DNA of 64,000 nt, from assembly GCA_964019335.1 (NCBI GenBank), contig OZ025684.1:496001-560000 (forward strand), given 5' to 3'. The stretch comes from Diplonema japonicum (lineage: Eukaryota; Protista; Euglenozoa: Diplonemea). Every line of letters begins with the position of its first letter. Position 1 is the first letter of the stretch. Under the pieces are notes generated by a model. The model saw only the letters and a list, made by a program, of their open reading frames with translations. It was not told where the DNA came from and made no database searches. The translations under genes were made by a program, and so were the position numbers. Positions 1 through 9,269 of the stretch are shown here, one piece after another.

Positions 1-1110
1 TTTCTTCAGGTGGAGTAGCCAACTACATCAGCACCCGAGCCCAGGTACTGTACGTGGAACTCATGAAAAGTGCCTTGGACGTAACGCAGCCCAATGCGTT
101 GATCACTCACGGGAGAAACACGAATTGTTCTGCGACTTTGATGCAGAATCGATTCATTTTGCCACCACAATAGTGCAGGCTATGCCTGTCGACAATGCAT
201 CAGAACGCGTTTTCCCTGCAGGGGACTCTCGTGTTCTGTAACACAAACGCGTGTCGCTGTTGTCCAAGGAAAAGAACTTGATGATGTCCTTCGGGTCGAC
301 ATGTCCAAGAAGGGCTGTTCTGAACCACCGTTTCTCCCACCGAATTCATCCGGCTCTTTGCAGTAGATGCCGAAAAGCCGCTGCAAGAGTCCCAACAGCA
401 CCCCACAAGTACCTCATGGTGTTTGCTGGGCCAAAAGAGCACTCTGAAGCACTTAGAAGTGTCGCTGTAGAAATCTGATTTTATTGCCTGAATCAGGAGG
501 GCCAAAAACGGGCCAAAAAACGCACACAAATTGGCTCACTAGTGCCCACCGAAGATCGTACAGAGACAAAAGCACCTTCCAGTGGGACCCCTCTTTGGCT
601 GCAGATTGTCAATAAAATTTTGAATAAGAGATCTATGGTTAAATGCTGCGCGTTTCTGGGTGAATAAATCGGGATTTGCTGCATTTCCCCCGTTTTCGTG
701 ACAGCCGAATTTCGGTTCATTTTTATGTTTCATCCCTCCACATTGTATTTTTTTCTCAAAAGCAAGCCCTTTAACGGAGTTTTCGGGACTATTTACATGT
801 TTCTTTCATACTTCCTGTGGTTGCATGCTGCCCCTTTTTTGTGAAAATTTAAAAAAGCGTTTTTTTCGCGTTTTTCGAAAAAAGCATTGACAAATAGCGG
901 GGAGGTGGCCATATATAAAAAAAAAAAAAAAGAGATGAGATAAAGGAGGTTCCTGTTTGGAACGTCCCCCTTGTCTCTACTTACACCCCTTTAAAAAGAA
1001 AAAAAGTAATTCGTACTTTAAATATTGCTATATTCTTCCCGGACAAAACTCATACAATTAAAAGAAGAAGGGGGGGGGGGGGGGGGGGATTTTGAAAATA
1101 ATACGCCTGT

Positions 1111-2799
1111 TTATTCCATTACAGGGATGTCCTGCTCCGCGACTGTCGCAGAAGCTTCTGCACCGACCCAAGGGGCCGAGAACCCGACTGGCCAAACATG
1201 CTTGGGGGAGGCGTGCTCGGGGGTTTCGGGTTCGAACTTCTTAGGGACGTTCATGGTAGTGACGTGGGATCGGCGGAGCTGGGCAGTGGACCGGATGTCG
1301 ATGGCGAGACGCATCCAGCACCGTCTGCGAACGAACCTACTAGGCCCGGACTTAGCAGACCACTTTCGTATCCCATGCCAGTTGCCTCTGTGCTCCCACT
1401 CCCCGTAAAACCACGGGCATGCCCACACCCACTCTGCGTCCTTACAAGATGCCTCGTCGTCCGGTCTCGGCATGGTCACGCCATCCTCTGTGGACCACTC
1501 GGTCCTGTCTGTTGGGAGCAGCGCCCCGCCACTATACTCCCCAAACGGTACTCTCCTATGGTTCTGGTAGCATTCCACAACCCTCCACACCAGCGGGGAC
1601 GCCTCTGCTGTGTTAAGCACCACCATGTCATTCAGTGCTGCGTCGTATTGGATAGCCGACGGCCTGCAGCACTTCGCGCATAGATGCAGCCCTGTCTCGG
1701 GCTCGGGGTGCACCACGCTCGTTGCCTCTGTGTTCCCCGTCTGCTTGGACTTGTTCAGCCATTCCCGAAGCTTCATCACGCCGTTGTGTGTGCAGTCTGG
1801 GCACACGGGATGCCCGCACCCTAGCACCAAGCACCCCAACACGCCGCAGATCACGCACGTCGTCGACTCCTCTGTGGGCATGGGGGCCAGGTGTGACTTG
1901 ATCCGAAGCGAGTGTCTCGTCAAAATCGTGTTTTGGTGTTTTATAAGCGAAGCAACATTCGCAGCACCGGGCACCTGCCAGTCGATGTGCCGCGAGGGGC
2001 GTGCTACGGCATCGAGCTCTATGACAAGACGGTCCGGTTCGTGCATATGGTGGTGCAGCACGACGGGAACCTCCTCATCTTCTGTGTCGAGGCTGCCGCC
2101 TTGCGGGTGCACAATCCTCGGTGGGTATTGTTTATTCCAAAGCATCTTGGTCTGCGGGTCGAGGACCCACAGTGCGTCACCCGGCGTGTTGCGCACAACC
2201 ACCTTGTCGCCCCGTGCCTGGAGGTAGCCCTGGATCACACCCCGCACAATGTGTGTAATGGTGCAGCCGACTAAGCCAAAAATCGAAGCAGCTTTTAATG
2301 AAGTAAATACAGCATTGCCCTGAGGTGTGATGAGCATGTACCTCCCCGACTTCACATTTCGTATCTTGAACGGGACATTCGTGGCATACTCACTGCGGTA
2401 GTAGGAAGCGTCGGAAAGTGTTGGCATTTCTGTGGCGCTGCGATCTATGTGCTCTTTCATGACCTTTGCATGCCGGACCCACATCCTTCGGCGAATGCAT
2501 GTTGTCGCCGATCCATTTGGAAGCCACTTTTCCGACAGGTTGAAGCTCAGTCCGTACGACCAACCTTTGTCGTCTGTGCCCACCCCCACCTCCTTCTCCC
2601 AGTCCCCGTCCCATTCGCACAGGTGCCCCTCCGTTCCGTTCACCTCTGGGATCTTCACTTCGTCCAGTCTCAGTTTCTTCCCCTTCATATCCGACCACGA
2701 CGCCCAGTCCAACGGCAGCAGCTTCGCGCACCACCCCTTGACAGGGTACCACCTTTGGTTTTCCCACACACTGCACGACACCCTCGTACATTCTTCCAT
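1111..2799 (-). CDS. Dysferlin (DysF)-domain protein with RING finger: DysF / beta-trefoil-like / RING / DysF
   Basis: Two DysF-type signatures: WENQRWYP..GW...W.D...GWSYG...CIRRRMWVR and CYQNHRRVP...LLPTDR..WS...FVRRRCWMR. RING-like CVIC..CGHPVCPDC...CAKC. First ATG at 2799; the ORF track starts at an upstream GTG. Confidence 0.8.
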   Translation of the reverse strand: MEECTRVSCSVWENQRWYPVKGWCAKLLPLDWASWSDMKGKKLRLDEVKIPEVNGTEGHLCEWDGDWEKEVGVGTDDKGWSYGLSFNLSEKWLPNGSATTCIRRRMWVRHAKVMKEHIDRSATEMPTLSDASYYRSEYATNVPFKIRNVKSGRYMLITPQGNAVFTSLKAASIFGLVGCTITHIVRGVIQGYLQARGDKVVVRNTPGDALWVLDPQTKMLWNKQYPPRIVHPQGGSLDTEDEEVPVVLHHHMHEPDRLVIELDAVARPSRHIDWQVPGAANVASLIKHQNTILTRHSLRIKSHLAPMPTEESTTCVICGVLGCLVLGCGHPVCPDCTHNGVMKLREWLNKSKQTGNTEATSVVHPEPETGLHLCAKCCRPSAIQYDAALNDMVVLNTAEASPLVWRVVECYQNHRRVPFGEYSGGALLPTDRTEWSTEDGVTMPRPDDEASCKDAEWVWACPWFYGEWEHRGNWHGIRKWSAKSGPSRFVRRRCWMRLAIDIRSTAQLRRSHVTTMNVPKKFEPETPEHASPKHVWPVGFSAPWVGAEASATVAEQDIPVME

Positions 2800-3140
2800 G
2801 TTGCGAAATCTTTTGTGTTGTGGTGGGGTGGACCCTGGTGCAAGGAGACTCACGGGCGGCAAGGCACATTCAAAAGAAAAATGAGCAAAGAAAAAAAAAG
2901 AAAAGAAAAGCCGCCTCCAATTAACACGTTAATAAAATACGTACGTTGGGAGCAACTTGTTTTTTAGTCTCGACAACAGAATTGTTCAAACAAAGCAAGA
3001 ATGGCTTTTTTTTTTTTTTCTTGTTTCATAAACCACTTGGCGTACGATTTAAAAAAGAAAAAGAGGAAAAAAAAAGGGGGAAGCTTTTCGCACCTTCCTT
3101 CCTTTCCGTTGGGGGCTTCTTTTTTTCACACTGCCAGAAA

Positions 3141-3710
3141 CTAAACAAGAGTGGCCGTGGTGATAAAGTTGATCTGCGGGAAGTTCGCCAAAATCCATGG
3201 GTTGCCATAACGCGCGTACATATTGAAGTTGACGCCGATGGGTGAGAAGATCTTGAGGGCAGTGTCCATGCCCTGGGTGACGGACCCGATGCCTGCGAAG
3301 CCCGCGTTGTCGTTCAACGGGTTGTCGATGTAGTTGATGAAGAGCTGGTGGGCGCGGGTGTTGGGTGCGGTTTGGGGAGTGAACGCAAGGGTCCCCTTCA
3401 CGTTTTTAAGCTTCACCGGGTCATCCATGATGGTCTTGTTCCACTCCGCGTTCTCGGCAGGTATACCCGCAATCCCAAACTGCACCACACGGTCAGTCTT
3501 TAAAATAAACGCCGACTCATCGTAAAACCCAACCTTCACGAGCTCATACAGGTGCGCGGCACCAATAGGCGCATCGCTTGTCGTCACGTTCACAATGATC
3601 GCAGGCAACGTCCCGTTCCCCACGTTCGTCTCGAACTTGATAGCGTACTTCGCGGGCGTCTGGCCCATCACCGCAACACCCATCGCCAGAAGCAGACCCC
3701 ACTTCGACAT
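3141..3710 (-). CDS. Secreted cyclophilin-fold protein, divergent paralogue, probably catalytically impaired
   Basis: Signal peptide; N-terminal part nearly identical to the 5226-5813 gene. FFRVVPGFVVQ is replaced by FILKTDRVVQ. Confidence 0.85.
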   Translation of the reverse strand: MSKWGLLLAMGVAVMGQTPAKYAIKFETNVGNGTLPAIIVNVTTSDAPIGAAHLYELVKVGFYDESAFILKTDRVVQFGIAGIPAENAEWNKTIMDDPVKLKNVKGTLAFTPQTAPNTRAHQLFINYIDNPLNDNAGFAGIGSVTQGMDTALKIFSPIGVNFNMYARYGNPWILANFPQINFITTATLV

Positions 3711-4509
3711 TTCTTTTTGAGAATGTTTTAAAAGAGCTTTCTGGAGAAAATTCACCCTTCGGGCTCAACTGTGCTGAAGCAAACAGTACAGCTGTACATT
3801 GTAGTTGCGTGTTCAAGGAAGAGGACCGCACGCTTTGAGGAGCCTTGTTGTTCCGAGGTTTGAGCCTTATGGCCGGTTCCTACGGTTACCGATCCCCACC
3901 TGTCATGGGTGGGGATCGGTACCATTCGGATGTGAATTTGGTATCGATGTTTGTGGGACCCACCCATTATCTTCACACCCCCCTTATACCCTTAAGCCCA
4001 ATGCAAATTGTTGTAGAGGATGTAGTGTATGGGGGGGTGAGAGGGGGGGGGGGGGGGGGGGTACCGCATATATCGACCCCCCCCCCTCCGGGTTGGGGGG
4101 TCATGCGCAATATAGGGAGGGGGGTCCGAGAGGGGTCCCCTCCCTATAGTGGGGCATGACCTATGAAAGAGTCCATCAGGGTTGACCTAGTAGGCAATCA
4201 TTTTATGACCGACATATAGTAGGGAAATAAAAAGGTGATACTAAGGCATAACCAGGATAGGGTCTCAATGAGACAATGCTAATATTGTTGGCACCACCAC
4301 ATATCTAAGGCATCGATGGTGTGGGCCAACAAAGTGTCGGATCGATACCTCCCGACACTGAAGTGGTCCTGGGATGGTACATGTACTCGGTCTTGTGCCA
4401 GTGCATATACCTGTGATACCTACATCAGTATGGATACGTTCCAACTGGGAGTCACCACGCTCGCGTGGGCTCCGTAAACAGTACGGTGATCGGGAAAACA
4501 CGATGATGA

Positions 4510-5042
4510 AAATCATTGGCTCATTAAATCGGCAACAATCTACGCGGGGAAAGCGCCTTTCGGCACTCAGTTGGATAACAATGGTAACTCCATTGCTAAT
4601 ACATGTCCGGAAAATCCAACTCACATTCCACCCTGTGAGAGAGATCTTACGGGGGTGAGGTGGATACAGTTGACCGAAATAAAAACCAACGCTAGCAATA
4701 GCAAACAGGTCAACCGAGTGATAGCACACTCCCTCGAGGAGGTGCAAGCCCGCAAGAGCTTCTGCCCTATCAGCTTTTGACGGTAGTGTAGTGAACTACC
4801 GTGGCTGTAACGGGTAACGGGGAATTAGGGTTCGATTCCGGAGGGAGCCTGAGAAACGGCTACCACATCTAAGGATGGCAGCAGGCGCGCAAATTGCCCA
4901 ATAGCAACACTGCTGAGGCAGCGAAGAGAAATAGTAACTTCTAGCACCCAGTGCTATGGAGATTGCAATGGATGATATCTAAACCTGTCAGTGAGTATCA
5001 ATTGGTGGACAAGTCTGGTGCCAGCACCCGCGGTAATTTCCA
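4510..5042 (+). pseudogene. 18S rRNA: 18S rRNA gene fragment (5' region, ending at the GCCAGCACCCGCGGTAAT loop), euglenozoan type
   Basis: Conserved SSU blocks in order: GGCTCATTAAATC, TGGATAAC..GCTAATACATG, TCTGCCCTATCAGCT, ACGGGTAACGGGGAATTAGGGTTCGATTCCGG, CTACCACATCTAAGGATGGCAGCAGGCGCGCAAATT, CAAGTCTGGTGCCAGCACCCGCGGTAAT. Both ends truncated, and 2 nt missing from the conserved CCGGAGAGGGAGCC. Confidence 0.95.
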
Positions 5043-5110
5043 TGTTGCGAAATCTTCTTTTGCGTAAGGGGTGAACCCTGTTGCAAGGAAATGCACGCAG
5101 TGTGCAAGGC
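5038..5110 (-). pseudogene. Duplicated remnant of the start-codon/5' region of the DysF-RING gene
   Basis: ttccatgttgcgaaatctt...ggggtgaaccctgttgcaagga...gcaagg aligns with 2794-2863. Confidence 0.85.
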
Positions 5111-5225
5111 TTATTCAAATATACAATGGAAAAGAAAAAGTGCAAAAAAAAGAAGAAGAAAAAGAACGTTGAAAGTAAAGGACATAATACGCTGCTTTGT
5201 TTACACACATAAAGGAAATCGAAAA

Positions 5226-5813
5226 CTAGACAATAGTGGCCTTGGTGACGAAGTTGATCTGCGGGTATTTCTTCATAATCCACTTGTTGCCTTCCTTCTC
5301 ATACATGGCCTGGTTGACGCCATTTGAGCTGTCTGGGGTGGGGTTGAAAATCTTGACGGCAGTGTCCATGCCCTGGGTGACGGACCCGATGCCTGAGAAG
5401 CCCATGCCATCGAGGTTCTTGTTGTCGGCGTAGTTGATGAAAATCTGGGTAGTACGGGAGTTGGGTGCGGAGGTGGCTGCGTAGGTGAGGGTCCCCTTCA
5501 CGTTGCTGAGCTTCACCGGGTCATCCATGATGGGCTTGTTCCACTTCGCGTTCTCGGCAGGTGTCCCCGCAATCCCGTACTGCACCACAAACCCGGGCAC
5601 CACCCTGAAAAACGCCGCTTCATCGTAAAATCCATCTTTCACGAGCTCATACAGGTGCGCGGCACCAATAGGCGCATCGCTTGTCGTCACGTTCACAATG
5701 ATCGCAGGCAACGTCCCGTTCCCCACGTTCGTCTCGAACTTGATAGCGTACTTCGCGGGCGTCTGGCCCATCACCGCAACACCCATCGCCAGAAGCAGGC
5801 TCCACTTCAACAT
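5226..5813 (-). CDS. Secreted cyclophilin-type peptidyl-prolyl isomerase (PpiA-like)
   Basis: Signal peptide; APIGAAH, FYD..FFRVVPGFVVQYG, N.KGTL.YA, SRTTQIFINY.DN..LD motifs. Confidence 0.93.
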   Translation of the reverse strand: MLKWSLLLAMGVAVMGQTPAKYAIKFETNVGNGTLPAIIVNVTTSDAPIGAAHLYELVKDGFYDEAAFFRVVPGFVVQYGIAGTPAENAKWNKPIMDDPVKLSNVKGTLTYAATSAPNSRTTQIFINYADNKNLDGMGFSGIGSVTQGMDTAVKIFNPTPDSSNGVNQAMYEKEGNKWIMKKYPQINFVTKATIV

Positions 5814-5925
5814 TTTTTCGGGTGTGTTTTGAAAGGGTTTTCTGGAAGCAGTGAGAACGACCGAAGAGGGGGGAAAAGAAACATTTAGGCAGAACAAAAA
5901 CAGTGGAAACCTGTGGAAACAAGTA

Positions 5926-6900
5926 TCACATCCCGAATCCTCCCGGCGCTACAACCTCGTCCATCGGTGGCGGTGCGGGGTGGGGTACTATAGAAAGTGC
6001 CTGGCCTATGTTCGGGGACTGTGGTATAATAGGTAGCGACCGACGTTTAGAGGTGAACGAGAGATTGTTAATGGCATCGACGACGGTGGTGTGTGAAGAG
6101 GTGGAGTAGAAGACCTGCAAGCGGGACTGGAGGTTGGTGGCGAGGGTGCAACTACTACTTGGAGGTGCCTGAATGGGGGACGGCCGTCTGCTCATAGGCC
6201 TGGTCATAGGGAGAGGGGTGGTATAGCACAGCCTAGGGGGGCGCAGCAACGCGGGCTTCACGGGAGGACGGGGTGTCGTAATCTCCACAGCGTGCCTGTT
6301 GATGGAGGCATTGGACAACCTTTTATTAGAGACCTGCACCCGCTGGCTCAATGACTGCTTGAGTACCTCACGGCCATGATACATGGACCTTGTTGTGAAC
6401 AACAGTTGTATCGCAAGTGATGGCCTGCGAATCTTGTTCTTGCGTGCCACCGTGCGCCGTCGCATCTCGATGAACTTACCACACGCGATCGTCACATTGA
6501 ACAAAGACCATACAGTTGTGATTCGTGCGGGCTCCACATACCTGTTGATATGCGGTAGATCAGCCTTCGCAGGCGGCAACGTGAGCTTCGGTTGTGCCCA
6601 TGTGTGCAGCTTTATCCTCTTGCTATGAAGCGCCTTCAGCCTCCTCGAAACGATCCCACAGTATGACCCTGCTGCCTCTGTGCTTGCCTTCTTTTGTCTT
6701 ATTTCTTCCTCAGGCACTAGCGCTGCCTTTTGCACAATCACTTCCTCTTCATCAGAAGACAGTCCGCTGAACTCGCTGCTCTCCGTCTCGCTCACAGGTT
6801 CCTCCTGGATAACTTCTTCGGACGCCCTCTCGCATTTAATGATCCCTTGAAATGTGCGATCTTGCTTCCGTCGTATTGCCGTGCCGACTTGTGCTTTCAT
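5926..6900 (-). CDS. Hypothetical protein (acidic N-terminus, basic middle, Pro-rich C-terminus)
   Basis: 324-aa ATG ORF filling the gap on the coding strand; no family recognised. Confidence 0.6.
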   Translation of the reverse strand: MKAQVGTAIRRKQDRTFQGIIKCERASEEVIQEEPVSETESSEFSGLSSDEEEVIVQKAALVPEEEIRQKKASTEAAGSYCGIVSRRLKALHSKRIKLHTWAQPKLTLPPAKADLPHINRYVEPARITTVWSLFNVTIACGKFIEMRRRTVARKNKIRRPSLAIQLLFTTRSMYHGREVLKQSLSQRVQVSNKRLSNASINRHAVEITTPRPPVKPALLRPPRLCYTTPLPMTRPMSRRPSPIQAPPSSSCTLATNLQSRLQVFYSTSSHTTVVDAINNLSFTSKRRSLPIIPQSPNIGQALSIVPHPAPPPMDEVVAPGGFGM

Positions 6901-7020
6901 TTCTCATCTGGTCAGGTGTACGATAATGTGTACCAAGGAACGAAAGAGAACGGACTAGACATAAAGGAAGAAATGTTATAACAATTAAAGGTGTGTAAAT
7001 GGATGCTTCGGTTATGCTGC

Positions 7021-8469
7021 TCATTCCTCCTCTACGCTATAAGACTTCCACTGCTTCTTCACCAACTTGCTGGGGTCGGTCGTGTCGAAGGGCAGAGACG
7101 CTGCAGGCGGGTCATAAATACAAGCCACATTTGGACGGAGCTGGCTTCGCTTCTGAGGGTAGAGGACAGGAACGACGTCCCACAGCCACTGGCCAGGGAG
7201 GGGGGAGGCAGTCCGCTCGATGAGAGGCGTGTCGCGGCCGCATACGTACCCGATGGACTGGAGAAGGGTGAAGAGATCTGCAGGAGAACACCACTCGCAT
7301 GTCTCAATAATGAGGCCCGGCTTGTGGGTGGAAAGCAGGCGCTTGGCACCTTGCACAACTTGAATCTCGTGCCCTTCGACGTCAATCTTGATGAAGAATG
7401 GCGGCTCGCGAGGTGCAACCCCACCAAAGAAGACTTCATCCAACGTTGTGATATTGGTGATGATGCCACCCTTCTCGCTCGGTCCGGTGTGACTGCTAGT
7501 TTGCGTATTCGACGTGCTCGAGATCTGGTTCCCCCCTAGGTTGCCAGGGACATTGACGAGCCGCGCCGTCCCAGTGTGGTTCCCAGCCGCAGCAGGGACA
7601 ACAGATATGGCATGCGACATGTTGTTCAGCCAGATTGACAGCTGTAGCTTGTTCCGCGTCCACGGTGTCGGGTCGAAGGCCACCACCCTGTGTCCCAAGT
7701 TCACAGATAGCAGGCTTACAACACCAAGGTTCGATCCCACATCGTACACCATCCCCGGTGGGTGGTCTAGGAACCGCCGTACACACGCCTGCAGCTTTGG
7801 GTCGTACCCGTTCTTCTTCGACACCAACGCTGAGATCTGGTCTTGCACTGGCGGGCCCCATACAGCCATCAGCGATTTGTGTTTCCGTATTTTATGATGC
7901 TTTCCAGGTCTGTAGAAATTCTTCCAACATGGGTCCCTTGCGAACTTCCCGTGCCCGTTTTTGCCCTGGCATGGCCAGTCTTTTGTGCAGGGCCGCCAAC
8001 AGAAGTGATTCGTTCTAGCTATTACAAAGGGTAAGTCCTGCGGTGTGAAAATCCATGGGGTGCTGAGGACGGGTGGTGGGTGAGTTTTCAACGCGGTAGT
8101 GAAGTTTGCGATCTGCAGAGCTGCGTCCAAACAGGCCATGACCACGTCAGAGGGCGCGTTGGGGTAGCGGGGCAGCTTCTTCAGCCGCACGAAGCACGTC
8201 TTTCGCATCCTGCAAGGCTCCGGGCCTTTGAGTGGGAATAGTGGACACGACTCGTTCTTATCATGGCAAAACTTGTCAAGTACATCACTCAAGTCGCATG
8301 TTCCAGTGTCACAGCACATTGCACGCAGGTGAGACAGGCCGTCGTCTTGCATTGTTTGCCTTGTGCTCTTCCCGTTCACATGGTAATAAGTATACACAGT
8401 TGCCACTTGCACGCCGAGCGAAAGGGAGATCGCAGCAGCCACTGTCAGGATATGGGTGACTGCCTTCAT
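7021..8469 (-). CDS. FkbM-family SAM methyltransferase with signal peptide and Cys-rich N-terminal region
   Basis: VYDVGSNLG, VVAFDP, TTLDE and FIKIDVEGHE..VVQGA motifs. Confidence 0.88.
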   Translation of the reverse strand: MKAVTHILTVAAAISLSLGVQVATVYTYYHVNGKSTRQTMQDDGLSHLRAMCCDTGTCDLSDVLDKFCHDKNESCPLFPLKGPEPCRMRKTCFVRLKKLPRYPNAPSDVVMACLDAALQIANFTTALKTHPPPVLSTPWIFTPQDLPFVIARTNHFCWRPCTKDWPCQGKNGHGKFARDPCWKNFYRPGKHHKIRKHKSLMAVWGPPVQDQISALVSKKNGYDPKLQACVRRFLDHPPGMVYDVGSNLGVVSLLSVNLGHRVVAFDPTPWTRNKLQLSIWLNNMSHAISVVPAAAGNHTGTARLVNVPGNLGGNQISSTSNTQTSSHTGPSEKGGIITNITTLDEVFFGGVAPREPPFFIKIDVEGHEIQVVQGAKRLLSTHKPGLIIETCEWCSPADLFTLLQSIGYVCGRDTPLIERTASPLPGQWLWDVVPVLYPQKRSQLRPNVACIYDPPAASLPFDTTDPSKLVKKQWKSYSVEEE

Positions 8470-8563
8470 GTGTACCTTGCAGGGAATGCTTTGCTAAGGA
8501 AAAGAAAACAGGGGATATGAGAAAAGCTGTAAAGAAGAGCTGAGCAGTGCTGTAAAGCACGCT

Positions 8564-8938
8564 TCACTCCACCATTGTCTGGATGTCCTCATATCCCCGT
8601 ATGCGGGCGTAGTCCTTTGCGGTGAGGCCTGACTGTGACTCGATGGTTTTGTTGGCGTTCTTTTGCACGAGGAGCTCCACCGCTGCGTGCCTCCCATAGC
8701 TGCAAGCATAGTGCAGCGGAGTAGCATAGTACTCTGCACTCTTCCCGAAGACTGGGCCTATGATTTTGCTCGGTTTGCCCAACGAGTCCACGTCAACACC
8801 TAGATCTAGATTGCATTGGATGCATTCCACATCCCCATCAATGGCAGCTTGGAAGATATCCTTCACGCACTGCCTGTCCTCCGCGAATAGCTTATCTTGG
8901 CTCGTCCCAAGCCGCTGCAGCTTCTGATCGTATGACAT
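8564..8938 (-). CDS. Small ankyrin-repeat protein
   Basis: IFQAAIDGD, TPLHYACSYGRHAAVELLV..NAN, GLTAKDYA. Confidence 0.9.
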   Translation of the reverse strand: MSYDQKLQRLGTSQDKLFAEDRQCVKDIFQAAIDGDVECIQCNLDLGVDVDSLGKPSKIIGPVFGKSAEYYATPLHYACSYGRHAAVELLVQKNANKTIESQSGLTAKDYARIRGYEDIQTMVE

Positions 8939-9269
8939 GTCCCTGTGTCACTGCATAAGGGGGTGAGCAACAAGGATAGGATGTTACAAAGGAAAAAGGA
9001 AATCAGCTCTAACATGTTGGGGGGGGGGGGGGGGGGGGGCAAGGAATCAAAAAAGGGGAAAGAAAAGGGAACAAGGCAAGAAAAGGATTTCTTTGAAACA
9101 GCGTAAAAATAAACACAAACAACTACAGAAGATTGAAGGGGGAAAAGAGAAGAAAACACAGACCCCTCTCCTCTCGTATTCTATCTGCAAAAGGATTTAA
9201 ATTTTTCAAAACGTGGATCTCTAAACACCATCAGCAACGCTCGATGCATAGTCCTCCAAATTGCGGTAC

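Noticed and set aside
1-480. Coding-like sequence at the window start
   Set aside because: No frame gives a long or recognisable product; cannot be assigned without upstream sequence.
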